From NCBI RefSeq assembly GCF_002105155.1, contig NW_019028993.1, forward strand, positions 124,001 through 188,000: 64,000 nt of DNA. Direction: 5' to 3'. A model generated the notes under the pieces. That model saw only the letters and a list, made by a program, of their open reading frames with translations, made no database searches and was not told the origin of the DNA. The translations under genes and the position numbers were made by a program. This stretch comes from Lobosporangium transversale. Taxonomy: Eukaryota. Each line of letters opens with the position of its first letter. Within the stretch, counting starts at the first letter, position 1. Of this stretch, positions 44,435 through 60,705 are shown piece after piece.

Positions 44435-47032
44435 TTATTTTGTAATTTGATCCTCATCTTCCTTTGGTTTCTGGTCGTCCACAGGAACAGGGACAGAGAT
44501 AGAAGCAGATGCAGACAATGACCAAGACTGGATCTCTATTGGCGGCACGTTTACGTGTGGACTATTGGGCATTGTAGGGGGTATCATCTCAGGGTCCATT
44601 TCCGGATATGAACGCGTACTAGGTCGGGATGGCGGTATAGTAGTTGACTGTGCATACGCATGCCGTTCTTCTGCTTGGGTATCATGATATTCATCCTGGG
44701 TTAATGGTGACTTTGACGTTGATATTGAAGTTGACGTCGATATTAGTGTTGTTGCTGGTATTACTGATGCAAGGGTTCCTTCCTCTATGATCGCATGAGG
44801 GCTATGCACTTGTCGGTCGCTGAGTAAGAAAAATCCGTAATCTGCTGCCGATCCTGCTGTATTTGGCCGCGAAAAATATGAAGGTATAGTAATGACGCTC
44901 ATAGGAGGGGCGGCGGACGTGAGAGTTGAAAAGACTGGTGTACTAGCAGCAGAGTAGCTATCTCCTGCTAGTGTGGACGTGGAATTATATGATGATGTGC
45001 CTTCAATCATATCTGATGTAAACCACTTTGTTGACAAGGTCTCACCATTTCCAACTTTTCGCTTGGAACTGCTCGAGTTCAGATCATTGACTCCAGATGA
45101 AATCGTGTTTGATATGGTGGAGGTCGTGGAGAATGACTTGGAACGAGGAGGTGGAGTAAGCCATTTACGCATAGCCATAAAACTCGATTGTGATCGACTA
45201 TATTGTTTCCTTGGCTGTGATAATGGCAGCCCAGTAATTGATGGCGAATCATTCGATCCTCCTGATTTTTGGCTTGAGGTTGACTCTGCTGCTACATGTC
45301 TGGGTAGTTGATCTGTGCTTGACCATGGTGTGAAAGGCCCATCGCACTTTAGCTCCATATACAACTCCCCTCCTTGAGGCCCAGGCGCTTTTCCATCCCA
45401 GTTGAGATTGTTGGTTTGATGTTTATATTCCTGTGGATATCCATCATGGTTTTGCGGCTGTTGCTGCCCTTGTGATAACTGTTGCAATTTACTTTTCTCC
45501 GCAGAAAGCTTTCGATTATAGTAAAAACGCATCCATCCCAATGCAATGCCGATTACTAATAGTGCAGGCATAGCAATGATGATGGCGATACGATTGGCTG
45601 ATGATCCGCCATTATCGGATTCATCATTTTGATATTCTGGCCCATAACCTGAGATATTCACTCTATATAATCCAGAGATCCACTCTCCTTTCCGACTGCC
45701 ACTTAAAGGTATGCTGTAGACGCCTGATATATCATGCATAAAGATGAATGGGTTGGGGGGTGATGCAGATAGTCCAACAATGGCCATAGATCTGGGTTCT
45801 GGTGCTGCCTGAATCCCTGAAGCGATTTGACTAAACTCTTTTCCATTGAAATGCCACACATCAGTTTTGTAACCTAACGAAGGATTCTGTTGAAAATCAA
45901 CCAATAGGAAATTGTAAGTTACCAAAAGAAAGGGGGGAAAGTAGATGATCACTTCGTACATCCAAAGCTTTTTTTTTTTTTTTTCTTTTTTTTTCCTTTT
46001 TATCTCTTTATACTCTACATATGGAATGCATATCGCATACCTTGCATAAAATGACGATATCACTTCCATATGTCAAGACTCTGGTGCCCATAAAAGTACT
46101 GCAGCCTTTCAAAACAGCGGATGCATCATGAATGACTGCATTCGACAATGGGAGATCGGTAGCGGATGCGTTGGTGAGGGTCAAAGCTGATATAGTACCT
46201 GCGAGGTTATTGCTGTTAAATATAAATAGCGTATTCTGAGCGACCCCGACTGTTTGGGCATCTCTAATAGTATCGTTTGGCTATACACATCAAGGGATGT
46301 TCAATTCTTTTTTTGGTCAGTGAAATTGTGACATTTGTCGGGGAATAGAATATCGTTATTGTCATTTTTTAGTCGTTTTGGTGTATAGGCAGGAAGAAAA
46401 GTGGGAATAGAAAGGAAGAGAAGTAAGGCAGAGGAAAAAAAAAAAAAAAAAAAAAAGAACCAGTAACTCACCAGGTGCCAGGGTTGTGAATTCTGTTCTA
46501 TTGATGGATTCGAATATCTGGATAGACGGGTACCATTGGGACCATCAGCTGTCACATGCATTAGTGTCGGAGACCCATCAAGAGAGGATTTGAAATAAAA
46601 AAGTTGACTGCCGTAACTCTTATTCCAATAGTAAGTCTCTCCTATAGTCATCTCCCGCCATTCATCCAGGGTAGGGTTCGCGTTGTCATATCCACCAACA
46701 GGCGAATACTGGATTCCAATTGGCCCACTACGGAATGTAGCAGCAACTAGTGTTACAGGTTTGCCACGGGTTGAGAGGATTGAAAATTGTCCTCCGTCTA
46801 CTGCACAAACAAATTCATTGGCCTTGGCCTCCCCTGTTAATTGACTCAAGGTGGAAATCTTCCTTTCAGAGACAGGGGTCCATTGGAGATCGTTAAGATT
46901 GGGGGAGGGGTTGCTGTTGGATTTGATGATAACGTAATAATATGGCATGTTGGTGTTTGTATGAGGTTCGAGGATCAGTGCGAAAAGCGTGGCCCCATCA
47001 GAAGCAACACAGAGAGGATCAATGATACCCAT
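44435..47032 (-). CDS. Single-pass membrane protein with beta-rich extracellular region and Ser/Pro-rich cytoplasmic tail; multi-exon, start uncertain
   Basis: Exons in ORFs 46301..47032, ~46041-46282 and 44435..~45890; TM IAIIIAMPALLVIGIALGW followed by basic residues. Confidence 0.7.
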
Positions 47033-47708
47033 TGTTGATTGTCTATTTGGATACGTTTGTCTAAGAGAGATGTGCTATTGAACTATATTACAACGGTGGT
47101 ATGTATTGAGAATATGAGGAGAGGATAGAAAATGGAAGAAGGAAAAGAGGAAAAAAAAAAAAAAAAAAAAAAAAGGGTTGGTCGTCAGAGACACAGGAGT
47201 TGCAAAGGAGGATTGTAATGGATAAGCATTTGCATGTGCATGTGCATGTGCACGGATTAGACAGAGAAGAATGGAGAAAGAATGATGGAGAGCGATGAAC
47301 TGAGTTACAAAGGTACAAACAGAGGACTAGACTGCCCCTCGAATGGGTTCATGGTGTAAATGTACACTCCTGATCGATTAAAAATGGTATTTTAAAATTA
47401 ATCATAAAAAGAGTCAGCTGAATAGATGTGCATGCCATGTCAATATTTTTGACATTTTAGTAATATAACCGGTGCTCATGCATTAAAACACAAAACCTTC
47501 AGGTCCTTTCAAAAACAATCTTTTCAAAGAAAAGATGTGCATGCATATCTTACAAAGAATTGGCAGCAGCCTTTTTTTTTCATGAATTGACAGTTTCCAC
47601 ATTCCATGTGGCAGTGCATTGGAGAGTTCTCTTCGATCAGTCGTACAGTAGTAGACCTTGTCTTCTTTACTTGTACACACAGATGTCATATACTACGAGT
47701 GTAAAATG

Positions 47709-47742
<34 letters not shown>

Positions 47743-47979
47743 TTTACCTTCAATCCATCCATGCATCATATTATACATTTTACAACACTGTTTGTTTTCT
47801 CAATAATCATGTCTTGCTTCCATCGATAAGACAAAATCTGAAATGCTTCTAGAGTCTCTGTTTGTCTGCGCGTTCTGTGGATCAATGCATGCGCTCCTCT
47901 TCTTAAAAAAAAAAAAAAAAAAAAAACAGTCCTTTCCTTAAGGGCTTTTCTCTATCAATAAACAAAAATTTAAATTAAA

Positions 47980-47985
47980 ACGCGT
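47980..47985. promoter_or_regulatory. Possible MCB cell-cycle box (ACGCGT) upstream of MCM3
   Basis: AAAACGCGT about 100 bp 5' of the MCM3 ATG; single hexamer only. Confidence 0.3.
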
Positions 47986-48087
47986 CCCTGAAAGGGGAGG
48001 TCTTACCGAGGTCGAGCAAGTCATTCCAAGGCTAGTCGATAGTGGGGCTTTCCATCATCCCTCATTTCTTCTTCAACTCATCCAGCC

Positions 48088-51515
<3,428 letters not shown>

Positions 51516-51801
51516 GAAAAAAGAAGAATATTGCTACCCTATGCTGATACAAGAGACTTGAGTTTTGGTCTACTCCTTCCATTATAAAGACATTTAATCA
51601 CCTAAATATAAAGCATCTTTTTTATTTTCTTTTCATTAAAAGTGGAACTCTATAAAAAGAATCATCTCTCTATCTATGAAGAACTGAATGATGTAGATGA
51701 AGATAATAACTTGTCTATGTCTTTTTTTTTTTTTCTTTTTTTTTTTTGCTTAATGCTGGTTATTTTGTCACTGCATCGTGTATGCCAAGGTATGTGATTA
51801 G

Positions 51802-52882
51802 TTATTGAAAGCGCTGGATAACCTTCTTTGGCAAAAAACGCCCCCACATTCTCATTACCACCATTTTGAAATAAGGACGACGACCAACAAGAGATGCAAT
51901 TGTAAGAAGAACACAACTGTAAAGAGGCAAAGTGGTGGAGAGATAGGCAATCCTGAAGGACCAAGGACCTTCTCTCATCGAACCCTTCAGCTTGAACACT
52001 AGACATCCAAAAAATAAAAAAAATAAAGAATTGAGTGAAAATTGAATAAATGGGCGCTTGATTGACAAGTATGCTGAAATATATCATATTTCGTGCAATG
52101 CTATCAAATCCTACCATCATTGAGAAGTGGTCTGACAACTATAACTGTGGAGCTGCCCGTAACAGCAAAGACACCCTGTAACGTGTAAAAAGAAACAAAC
52201 ATGCAGATTGATATCAGATTAGATGAGATGCTTTTTTTTTTTTTTTCAGTTACACAATTATTTGTTCTTTTAGTAAGGGGAGATAATAAATCTTTTTTTT
52301 TTTTTTTTTTTTTTTTTTTACCATGATAATGGTCCATTCCTTCCACCAATTAAAGCTAAAACGGTCTTTAGTCATCTCTTCATGAAATGACAACGGCTTC
52401 TTTAAAGTTTTTGATACGACTGTAGATGATGCTGCATTGGTAGTGGCTGTAGCAGTTGCGACTGCCATGTTTGAGGGCGAAGGAGATGAAGAAGAAGGAG
52501 AAGTGTATTTCCTTGTAAAGAAGAATGATGAAGAAGAGGACGATGGTGATGATGTTCCATTTGATCGTTGCGCGGTGAATGCTTTTGCAGTTGCTACTAA
52601 TGATGGCGATACTGCTGTCCCTGCTTTTGTTGTTGTTACAAAAGGTTTCGGTGAAGCTAAAACTGTTGATCCATTTGATCGGGGCGTCGAGATTGATCGA
52701 GTCTGAAGCAAGGACCGCATCCAAGTTGACTGTGCAGGGGCTGAGTGAAAGGTCGAGCCAAAGATAGAGGTAGGGGTGGAGGCAGAATAGGGGCGCCTCA
52801 ATGGCTGCTGCGCTCCAGTTCCCAAAGGAGAGGTCTTGACCATAAACTGCGCTGTAGCCACCAAGCGTCGTTGAGCGAGCAT
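51802..52882 (-). CDS. Predicted mitochondrial membrane protein with DUF6787-like C-terminal domain, 3 exons
   Basis: Arg/Ser-rich presequence-like N-terminus (MLAQRRLVAT...); spliced WWKEWTIIM-GVFAVTGSSTVIVVRPLL...AYLSTTLPLYSCVLLTIASLVGRRPYF. Confidence 0.65.
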
Positions 52883-54357
52883 TGTTGTTGTTTTGCAAAG
52901 GAAAAAGAAAAAAGAAAGAGAAAAAGGAGGGGAGAATGAAAGTGGTGTGATGAGTGATGAGTGATGAGTGATGAGATGAGCACAAACAGAAGTGTCAAGA
53001 TGGAACAATGATTGGGCGAAGGTGAATCGAAAAGAAAACGTGTGGTGGCAGTTGTTGATTGTTCACTTTGGCTGGAGGATTGATTGGCTACTGCAACTTG
53101 TCAGTTTTAAGAGATTACTGTCTAAGCCATTGCAATGAATTATTTGTGTGCGGTTGGCTCTGGGCACCTCCATATTAGGTAAGGCTGTGCACTGCCTCTG
53201 TTAAATCCCATTCTTTGTTCGATATCGCTACTCTAAAATCTGCTAATGAACTGCTTGGATGTATGCTCGGATATGCATGTCCTGGTTGACTGTGTTTGCC
53301 ACAAAACGCGAAGGGAAGATGGGTCAGTATGTTAAGTTAAATGCTTCAAGCACCCTTTTTACCCTATGCCTCTGTTACGTTAATGATGATGAGTGCGATC
53401 CCTACGTAGATATGTGGGTTTGGCGGTGAATATGATCTAAAAGTGCATTTAGGATTTTATTTATTTATCTATTACCTTGAGGTGTTCCCTATATCCGTTG
53501 GGTGCCAGTGCTTTGTTGTCGTCTCATTTTCAGCTGAGCGTATTCATACCCCTTGTAAGGGATGTCTCTGATGAGGACACTTTTTGGTAATAGGATCCCA
53601 AGCTGCCCCCGTTCGGATGTGAGAGACTGTAGAGGGAGCACGCTGAAAACCACTCTCCATGCTGCCAACGCGTGCATTGAACGTTTATTTGAGGTGAATA
53701 AGGCCAGTAGGAAGCTCCTTGTTGAGCTTGGAGCTATAGTTGAACACGTTCCTCACCCAATTATAATGAGGGAAATAGTCAGATTGTATCGACGCCATCA
53801 GTGGCATCCAGGCCCAAGGTAATCTTCAGTCAAGTGCATGACAGTGACCATCGCCAAGGTTTACCAGTAGATTCAGTCTCATTGACATTATCAACAACAG
53901 TCAATCAATCAAAGACTGTCAGGGCAAGTACGGCACCTGAAGCGAATATAAATTTGCGCATATCATTCCATACAGACCACTTGAATGGTCGCTGGGTCCG
54001 TATTCACAAGTAGCATGTTTATGCGAAAGAATGTTTTGTTGATAAATCATTACGATACCAAGTGCCATTCATATGTTTATATGCACTGTACATTCATGGG
54101 GTTTATATTGTGAATGTTTGTGTCTGTCTTCGAACGGATGGACTAACGCAAAAAAGACAAAATAGATCAAATTCATCTTCATCCAAAAATGCAGAGTAAG
54201 GTTTATGGCATACAGTCTTCCAACAATTGTCCGTTCAATTGTACAAAGCGTCCCACATGACGCAGTTTTCTATCTTTGACTACATGTTACTTCTCTCTTC
54301 CTTCTTTTTTCACTCTTTTTCCTTTACATTAATTACTCAATCCGCATTCAAAACAAA

Positions 54358-54669
54358 ATGGCCATCGAATTCCATCACTGGCCTTCCAAGACTGCCAACA
54401 TTCTTGTCTATGTGACATTGCTCTCCGGCAATTTGTACTCGACCTTTGGAGGCGACCCTGACACAGATTCACCATATGATTCAAAACACAGGTCCTATAT
54501 TACACCAGCCTCATTCACTTTTTACATTTGGACATTGATTCATTTCTTGCTTGGAGGAATGATTGTTTACCAATGGTTCACAGATAAAGTTCATCAAGCT
54601 GTTGGATGGCACTTCGTCGCAGCTACTGTCTTTAATGCTTTCTGGTTAGCACTCTGGGTATGTAGAAAG

Positions 54670-54702
<33 letters not shown>

Positions 54703-55573
54703 ATTTATTTCAATTCTCTCTTCGGATTTTTCTACTGTAGTAAAAACAATCAAGGTCGAAAAAACCTTTATTTATTTTTTATTTTTTTTGCTGGTCTTTT
54801 TTCAAGCATTTATTGGAAATCGGTCTCTAACAGAAGTGATGAAATGGTGAACAAAAATAAAGATGTTGGGATTCAGACAAGAGATAGCTAACCTGCATCC
54901 CCATTTATATTTTTTTGTTTCAACGCTAGTCTTCGGGCCACACCTTTTTGGCTTTGATTGCACTGTTCTTCGCCACAGCAGCTGTGGCCTTCATTTACCA
55001 TCGTTTAAAGGAACAGGAGTCAGCAGATACGCTTTTAGATGTATTTTTCTTGCATCTTCCATTTTCGCTCTACCATGCCTGGATCTTTGTTCTTTTGATT
55101 ATCAATGCCTTCGCAGTCTTCTCACCTGTTCATGAAGACGGTCCTTCGGTCTTCCAGATTGTCCTTGCAATTGTTGGCCTTGTCTTTATTTCATCGACTG
55201 TCATCGGATATATTGAATACAAGCAAGGAGATGTTGGTATGCCCTTTGAACTTGGAATAACTTGTATTATGCTTGGTGAATATTTCAGTGAAAAAAAAAA
55301 AAAAAAAAAAAACCCCTTACAACCTTTTAGATGTCGATAACTACTGATTGATCTGCTTTACTTTTTTTTTTTTTCTTTTTTTTTTTCAATTTAGCTGCTG
55401 CTTTGGTTTTGGCCTGGTACTTGTTTGGCGTTTTTGCTCAACAGGATGAAGTGCCTGCCATTCACTGGACGTCACTTGGTTTAGGCATTGCTGTTGTTGC
55501 TTATACTTTGAAGCCCCTCGTCTTCCGTTTGATCGGTCATAACACTGGCGAGGCTGCTCCTCTATTGGGGTAA
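54358..55573 (+). CDS. Multi-pass membrane protein, TspO/MBR-related (ITPAxFxFxIW family), 3 exons
   Basis: YITPASFTFYIWTLIH, FNAFWLALW, HLPFSLYHAW; ends GEAAPLLG-TAA. Confidence 0.7.
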
Positions 55574-56345
55574 AAAAAAAAAGAAAAAGAAAATAGAAAC
55601 CACAATGTTTTGCGCACCTACTTTGTGCCCATTCTACAACATGACTTTTTTGCATTAAAAAATAAATAAATAAATAAACAACGAGCAATAAAATGGAATA
55701 GAACTTACTTGGAGGATCAATCAGTTTAATGCGTTGACATAAAATATGTTTTACTGACTGTCGCAATGCTATTGCTCGCGATAAATGCCATTTTGGATAA
55801 TTTCTTAGTCAATGAAATGTCACTTCTTTTACTTTCTTTGTCAAACTAATAAGATCATATTATAGTAAGGATATTGAAACGAGTGTAGCGTGGCTGATTA
55901 TATTTTTTCGTGTCAAGAGGAAGATAACCAAGACGTTTAAAAAAGCATAGAAAAAAAAAGCCGTTAGTACTGGGTGGGAGTGACCGAGAATATACAAAGC
56001 GAATAAGACACTTTTTAATAGTTAGACTAGGGTGGCTGTGCGATGCATTAACGTTCCTTTTTAAAAAGGCGTTTTTTCCTGCCTGTTACTGCATATCGAG
56101 TCGATCATGGGATAGACAATTTCCTCAATGCATTAGTGCACTGGTGCATTTGTGCATTAAGCATCGATCGTGGGGAAATTCCTAGCACAAAACAATAAGG
56201 TGTGTCAAAAATAAACGAAGAAAGGAACGATGGTAATTTTTTTTTTTTTTTTTTTTTTGCCTTTCATAGCAAGGGATAGAGAGAATTTTATTTCTATAAA
56301 AGCTGACAAAGACTTGTTAAGCATCCACCATCATCCCCTTTACTT

Positions 56346-56383
<38 letters not shown>

Positions 56384-56536
56384 TCACAAGCCAAACCGAT
56401 TGGAACTACGCGTGGAAAAGAAACGCAACTCTGAGAGTCATTAGTACCTTCAACCCCCCCTCCACTTCCATTTTAGTTTTTGCGCGCTTCACTCTGCTAT
56501 AGACCTATTATTAAGCCTACAATACATTAATACTTC

Positions 56537-57328
56537 ATGCCAGTAATTGACCCCATGATTCCCTCCACCATTCACGGGATCCAAGGAATCAACCCTACAG
56601 TCTCGCACGCATCTGAGGCATTACTGACTTATGAGTCTTCCGATAATCACCATACAAGGATCATGATACTATATGACCCTGACTCAAGGACGCTCAGATC
56701 AGCTTCTGCTTCCATCAAGATGAACACCGCCATAGATCTTCAGCCAAGTGTCCTTACAAGTACAACTACAGCTACGGCCTCCTCTGCTCCTACTTCTACT
56801 CCTGCTCTTGCGATCCCGCCTATTGGTGTACTCAATGCTGATACTACTTCTGCTGTTACCCTTACTGCTGCACCTACCCCTCTTGACTCTGCCTCCGTTG
56901 CTCATTCAGCTCCCCATGCAATAACGCTCCAAATGGCTCCTTCGATATATCCTGCGTATATGGTTCCTGCGAATATGGCTCTCAAGTATGAGCTGCTTGG
57001 AGTAGCACCGCCACCAGTGCCACCAGCGCCACCATCATCACCTCAGACATCTCAGACAGATTCGTCTTTGTCCGCCGCTTCCTCTTCCTCTCCCGCGGCT
57101 ACCACTACAACTACTAATACTATAGCCAACGCTACCTCGGCCTTATCGGCATTACAGTTCAGCGCTGGCGGCAATGGTGGTAACGACGCCTCAAACGATA
57201 ATGATAGTAATAACGATAATTGTACGTGGACTTTATTCAGGACATGTCAACAAAAGGACTCAAAATTGACAAAAGGTCTGACCTTCGTAGCCTTGACTTT
57301 AATAATCATCGTCATTTACTTCAAATAG
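56537..57328 (+). CDS. Hypothetical low-complexity Ser/Thr/Ala/Pro-rich protein; 3' structure uncertain
   Basis: 263-codon ORF, no recognisable domain; possible donor near 57222. Confidence 0.4.
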   Translation: MPVIDPMIPSTIHGIQGINPTVSHASEALLTYESSDNHHTRIMILYDPDSRTLRSASASIKMNTAIDLQPSVLTSTTTATASSAPTSTPALAIPPIGVLNADTTSAVTLTAAPTPLDSASVAHSAPHAITLQMAPSIYPAYMVPANMALKYELLGVAPPPVPPAPPSSPQTSQTDSSLSAASSSSPAATTTTTNTIANATSALSALQFSAGGNGGNDASNDNDSNNDNCTWTLFRTCQQKDSKLTKGLTFVALTLIIIVIYFK

Positions 57329-58184
57329 AACAAGGACAACAGCAAAAAAAAACAAAAGCTTTTTTTTAATTTGATTCCTTCATTTCATAATAACTAGCAT
57401 CAATACACATCCATACTTCTTCATTTCCACATTCTTGGAAGCCCTTGACACCTAAAAAATAATAAAGAAAGATATAGTATACCCTCGCCGCCCTTACACA
57501 CATTCCTTTGTGACAATAACTATTGGTCTTATCCTCACGAAGCGCTAAAAAAAAAAAAAAAAAAAAAAAAAAAACTATCCAAACCCAAGAAATGTAAATA
57601 CTCAGGAAGGCAGGCGCCGTATTACAATTATGGTGGTAGCCTCCTCGATCTAGGGGCGCGGTTGCTATGCACCAAAGTCCATTAGTGTAAGTTAACCGCA
57701 GGTGGAAAAGTATACCTTGAGAGAGGAGAAAAGGCAACACCTAATAGCAACTATTCCGTGCTATTTGCATCCAAAGGCAGACTAAAGGCGGGATCCCTCG
57801 CTTTATTTGAGGTTGCGGAAAGACCAAATTGGAAAGGATCATTTGCTTCATCCCCAGGAAGGGTATTTATTTACGTGACAGTTGGCGCCTTCGATATCAA
57901 CTTTGCAACCTGTAAACAATTACAAAGAATATGACAGGTTAATGAAAAGCAGCCGCAGACAATTGTTAATCAGCGAGGTAAGAAAACATTCGAAGGCCCT
58001 ACAGACGCATATATAACCGGATTAATCTGATTGGCATTCCAGGTACCATATATTATTTGGCAGCCTATTTTTTGGGGGCAGCCACTTAACTTCACACACT
58101 TGGGTAGCCAAATAATGCACATTTCAGTCTTCCTAATAAAACCCGCTTTTAATTGGTGGACTTCCTCTAAATAAAAATGTGAAT

Positions 58185-58611
58185 AGTCCTCGCCAAAAAG
58201 TCATAAACTGGATATATTTTAAAATACTCGATTTGAATTAGAATTTGAAGAACAAAAAAATTTACGTACGAAGACAGAAATTCATATACTTTTTGAATAG
58301 AATGAATAAATTGGATGCCATCAATTCAATCGTCGTTTTTGATTAAAAATACTAGAATTTGCTGGGGATGGACAACCTCATCCTCATTGCCAACCTACTT
58401 TACTTGCATTCTTGAAACAGTGGATCTTACGCCAGATACTGGAGGCATGTTTGATGTGAAAGAGGATAGCGAGTCTTAGGAGGAATATCTTGTTGAAAAC
58501 CCCTTCCGTAAAATTAAAATTTTGAGTTTGTACGAATTTTAAAATGAAAGTATTCTATTCAATTTAAAAGCCTGAAAAATATATCCAGTTTATGACTTTT
58601 TGGCGAGGACT
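58185..58611. mobile_element. MITE-like element with 36-bp perfect inverted ends
   Basis: AGTCCTCGCCAAAAAGTCATAAACTGGATATATTTT at 58185-58220 and its reverse complement at 58576-58611; no clear TSD. Confidence 0.7.
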
Positions 58612-59077
58612 CTAGACAGGAAACAATTATTTGACCACATCTTGGGCTGCCAATTAGATTATTCCGTACGTTTAAGGGACATTTGAGTAGTCACGGTTGA
58701 CGTAAGATGGCGCAGACTTTATTTTCTGCCTTTTTATATTGCCTTTTTTTTTTAAGCTCGTTGCTTCTTCACTTTTCACTCAAAACATAAAGAACTGTTG
58801 CAAAGCGTCAGCAACCGCTGTTCTTGTGCTGTTTTTCTACTAGTATACTTTTTTTTTTTTTTTCCTTTTTTTTTTTTTTTAAAAGAAGCCCTCGTAACTG
58901 TATATATATATATATATATATATTGACTTATTTTTCTCTGGCATAAATACGCTCGAGTTCATACTTCTCCTTTCACGTACATAAATAATAAGTTACACGT
59001 GTCGTTTACATCGCTTCACCTTGTTGTAACAGCACATACAACATTTTCATTTGCCGTCCCTCTTCTCTCCCCGAAAT

Positions 59078-59671
59078 ATGAACAACCAAAAGGACACGGC
59101 CGGATCATCAGAGCCTGCCAAGGGAGATGGGAAGAAACGCCGCTTAGAGTACGACGACGAGAGCGAGAACGCAGAGGTTACTGCTGGCCGGAAGGCGCCA
59201 AAGCGCGCACGGAGAAAAGCACCGCAAGCCCTCACTACGGTGTACATGACCCGTAGTAGAGCCCATAGACTGGCTGCGGAGGCGGAAAGGGAGGTTAATG
59301 TGGCTAGGGCAAGGAACCAACAATTAGAGGCTGTCAGCAGAGGGCCTCTGAACGAGGTTAGACCAGGCTCAGCCTCAGTGAGATTGACCCAAAGTAGGGC
59401 TAGAGGCCCTGCACCACTTGTACCCGCTCCTGGACCTCGTCCGAGGTCTGGGAGTGGTGTAGTTATCCAAGGGACTGGCGCTTCCAGCGAAAATAAATCT
59501 GGAAGCAGTGACAAGCAGAGCCAGGGCCAAAAGAGTCGGCAGGTTGGACATGGCAGCTGCAAGCCATCAACATTGTCACAGAAGAAGAGCCGACGCGACA
59601 AAGATGATGGTGATAAAGAGAATAGACCGCCAAAGTACTTTACTCACGCAAACATGCTATCAGCCCATTAA
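59078..59671 (+). CDS. Small basic disordered protein with NLS-like clusters
   Basis: Intronless GC-richer ORF after a (TA)n tract; KKRR, RKAPKRARRK; no recognisable domain. Confidence 0.5.
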   Translation: MNNQKDTAGSSEPAKGDGKKRRLEYDDESENAEVTAGRKAPKRARRKAPQALTTVYMTRSRAHRLAAEAEREVNVARARNQQLEAVSRGPLNEVRPGSASVRLTQSRARGPAPLVPAPGPRPRSGSGVVIQGTGASSENKSGSSDKQSQGQKSRQVGHGSCKPSTLSQKKSRRDKDDGDKENRPPKYFTHANMLSAH

Positions 59672-60380
59672 GTGCGGTCTATTCTCTTTGGGCAAAAAAT
59701 AGAAAAAAAAAGAACGTTGGCACGTTAAGCACGTGCCAACTTCCTCTTTTTGTTTGCAATCCTGTAATTTTGTACTGATGTAAATTATATGTATAATAGA
59801 AATAAACAAATCCCCACTGCCTGCAGTGAAAGTAATGAGTTGCCTCCAGAAAGAAAAGAGGATATAAAACTAAGGTGGTTAATAGTTTCTGTCGTCCATC
59901 AATAAACAAATGAAACCAATAAGCTCTTTGCAAACGGATCTTAAAACCTACCTATCAATTCTCACAGCGCACTATTTCCAAATAAAAAAAAAATAAAAAA
60001 AACCAGATTATCTTCTGAGCAATGGATTCTTAGGCTCGTGCCCTCCAAAGCCTTAAGTTTATTTTTGGGCGAGGTTTAATAACGCCCTTGCTTGCTGCCA
60101 GGACGGAGAGGATTTTAGCAAACATTTATTCTGCAAATCCATTAACTATTCATACTTTGAAGGAAAAATAAAAAATAAACATCCATCTTTCTGGGTCAAG
60201 CTAGAAATAGACCTGCATAATGCTCCTCTCTTGATGAACGTCCTTATCAAAACCAAATCTATTAGGAAAACCATGTAACAAAGCAAGATTTGTAATACCT
60301 TTTGGGATCCACTTAATAATAAAGGGTACACACCCTCAAATAAAGCCTTTAAATTGCTTCTGATAACGTTCAATAGTGTC

Positions 60381-60705
60381 TGTTGTATATTTCAATACAC
60401 AAGATAATAACGGCCCAGCTAGAAGATTAAGAAAAATACTAAAAACGCACTAGGAACACACTAGGGGAATTCCTAAAATTAATACGCTAAGAAAAGTATA
60501 ATAATAATAACGCGTCACTAGAGACGCGACAAAACACCGACATGGTTCCTGAATAATCCCATGTCGCTTCTAGATAGATATGTAGTTACTTGGTACGAGT
60601 CTCTCTACCAGAAAATGAATAAATACCCCATGGATGTGGTGTGTGGACCCACATCTTATTCTCACTTATCTTAGCTTCTGATAACTACTGTCTAAATATT
60701 TTTCA
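60381..60705 (+). mobile_element. 325-bp solo LTR, copy 2
   Basis: TG...CA; near-identical reverse complement of 22202-22526; flanks GTGTC / CTGGG. Confidence 0.85.

Noticed and set aside
53489..54013. Short ORFs between the DUF6787-like and TspO-like genes
   Set aside because: No motif, splice pattern or homology recognisable.
59047..59601. 184-aa minus-strand ORF and similar antisense ORFs over ORF2, MCM3 and transposases
   Set aside because: Shadow frames of better-supported opposite-strand ORFs.
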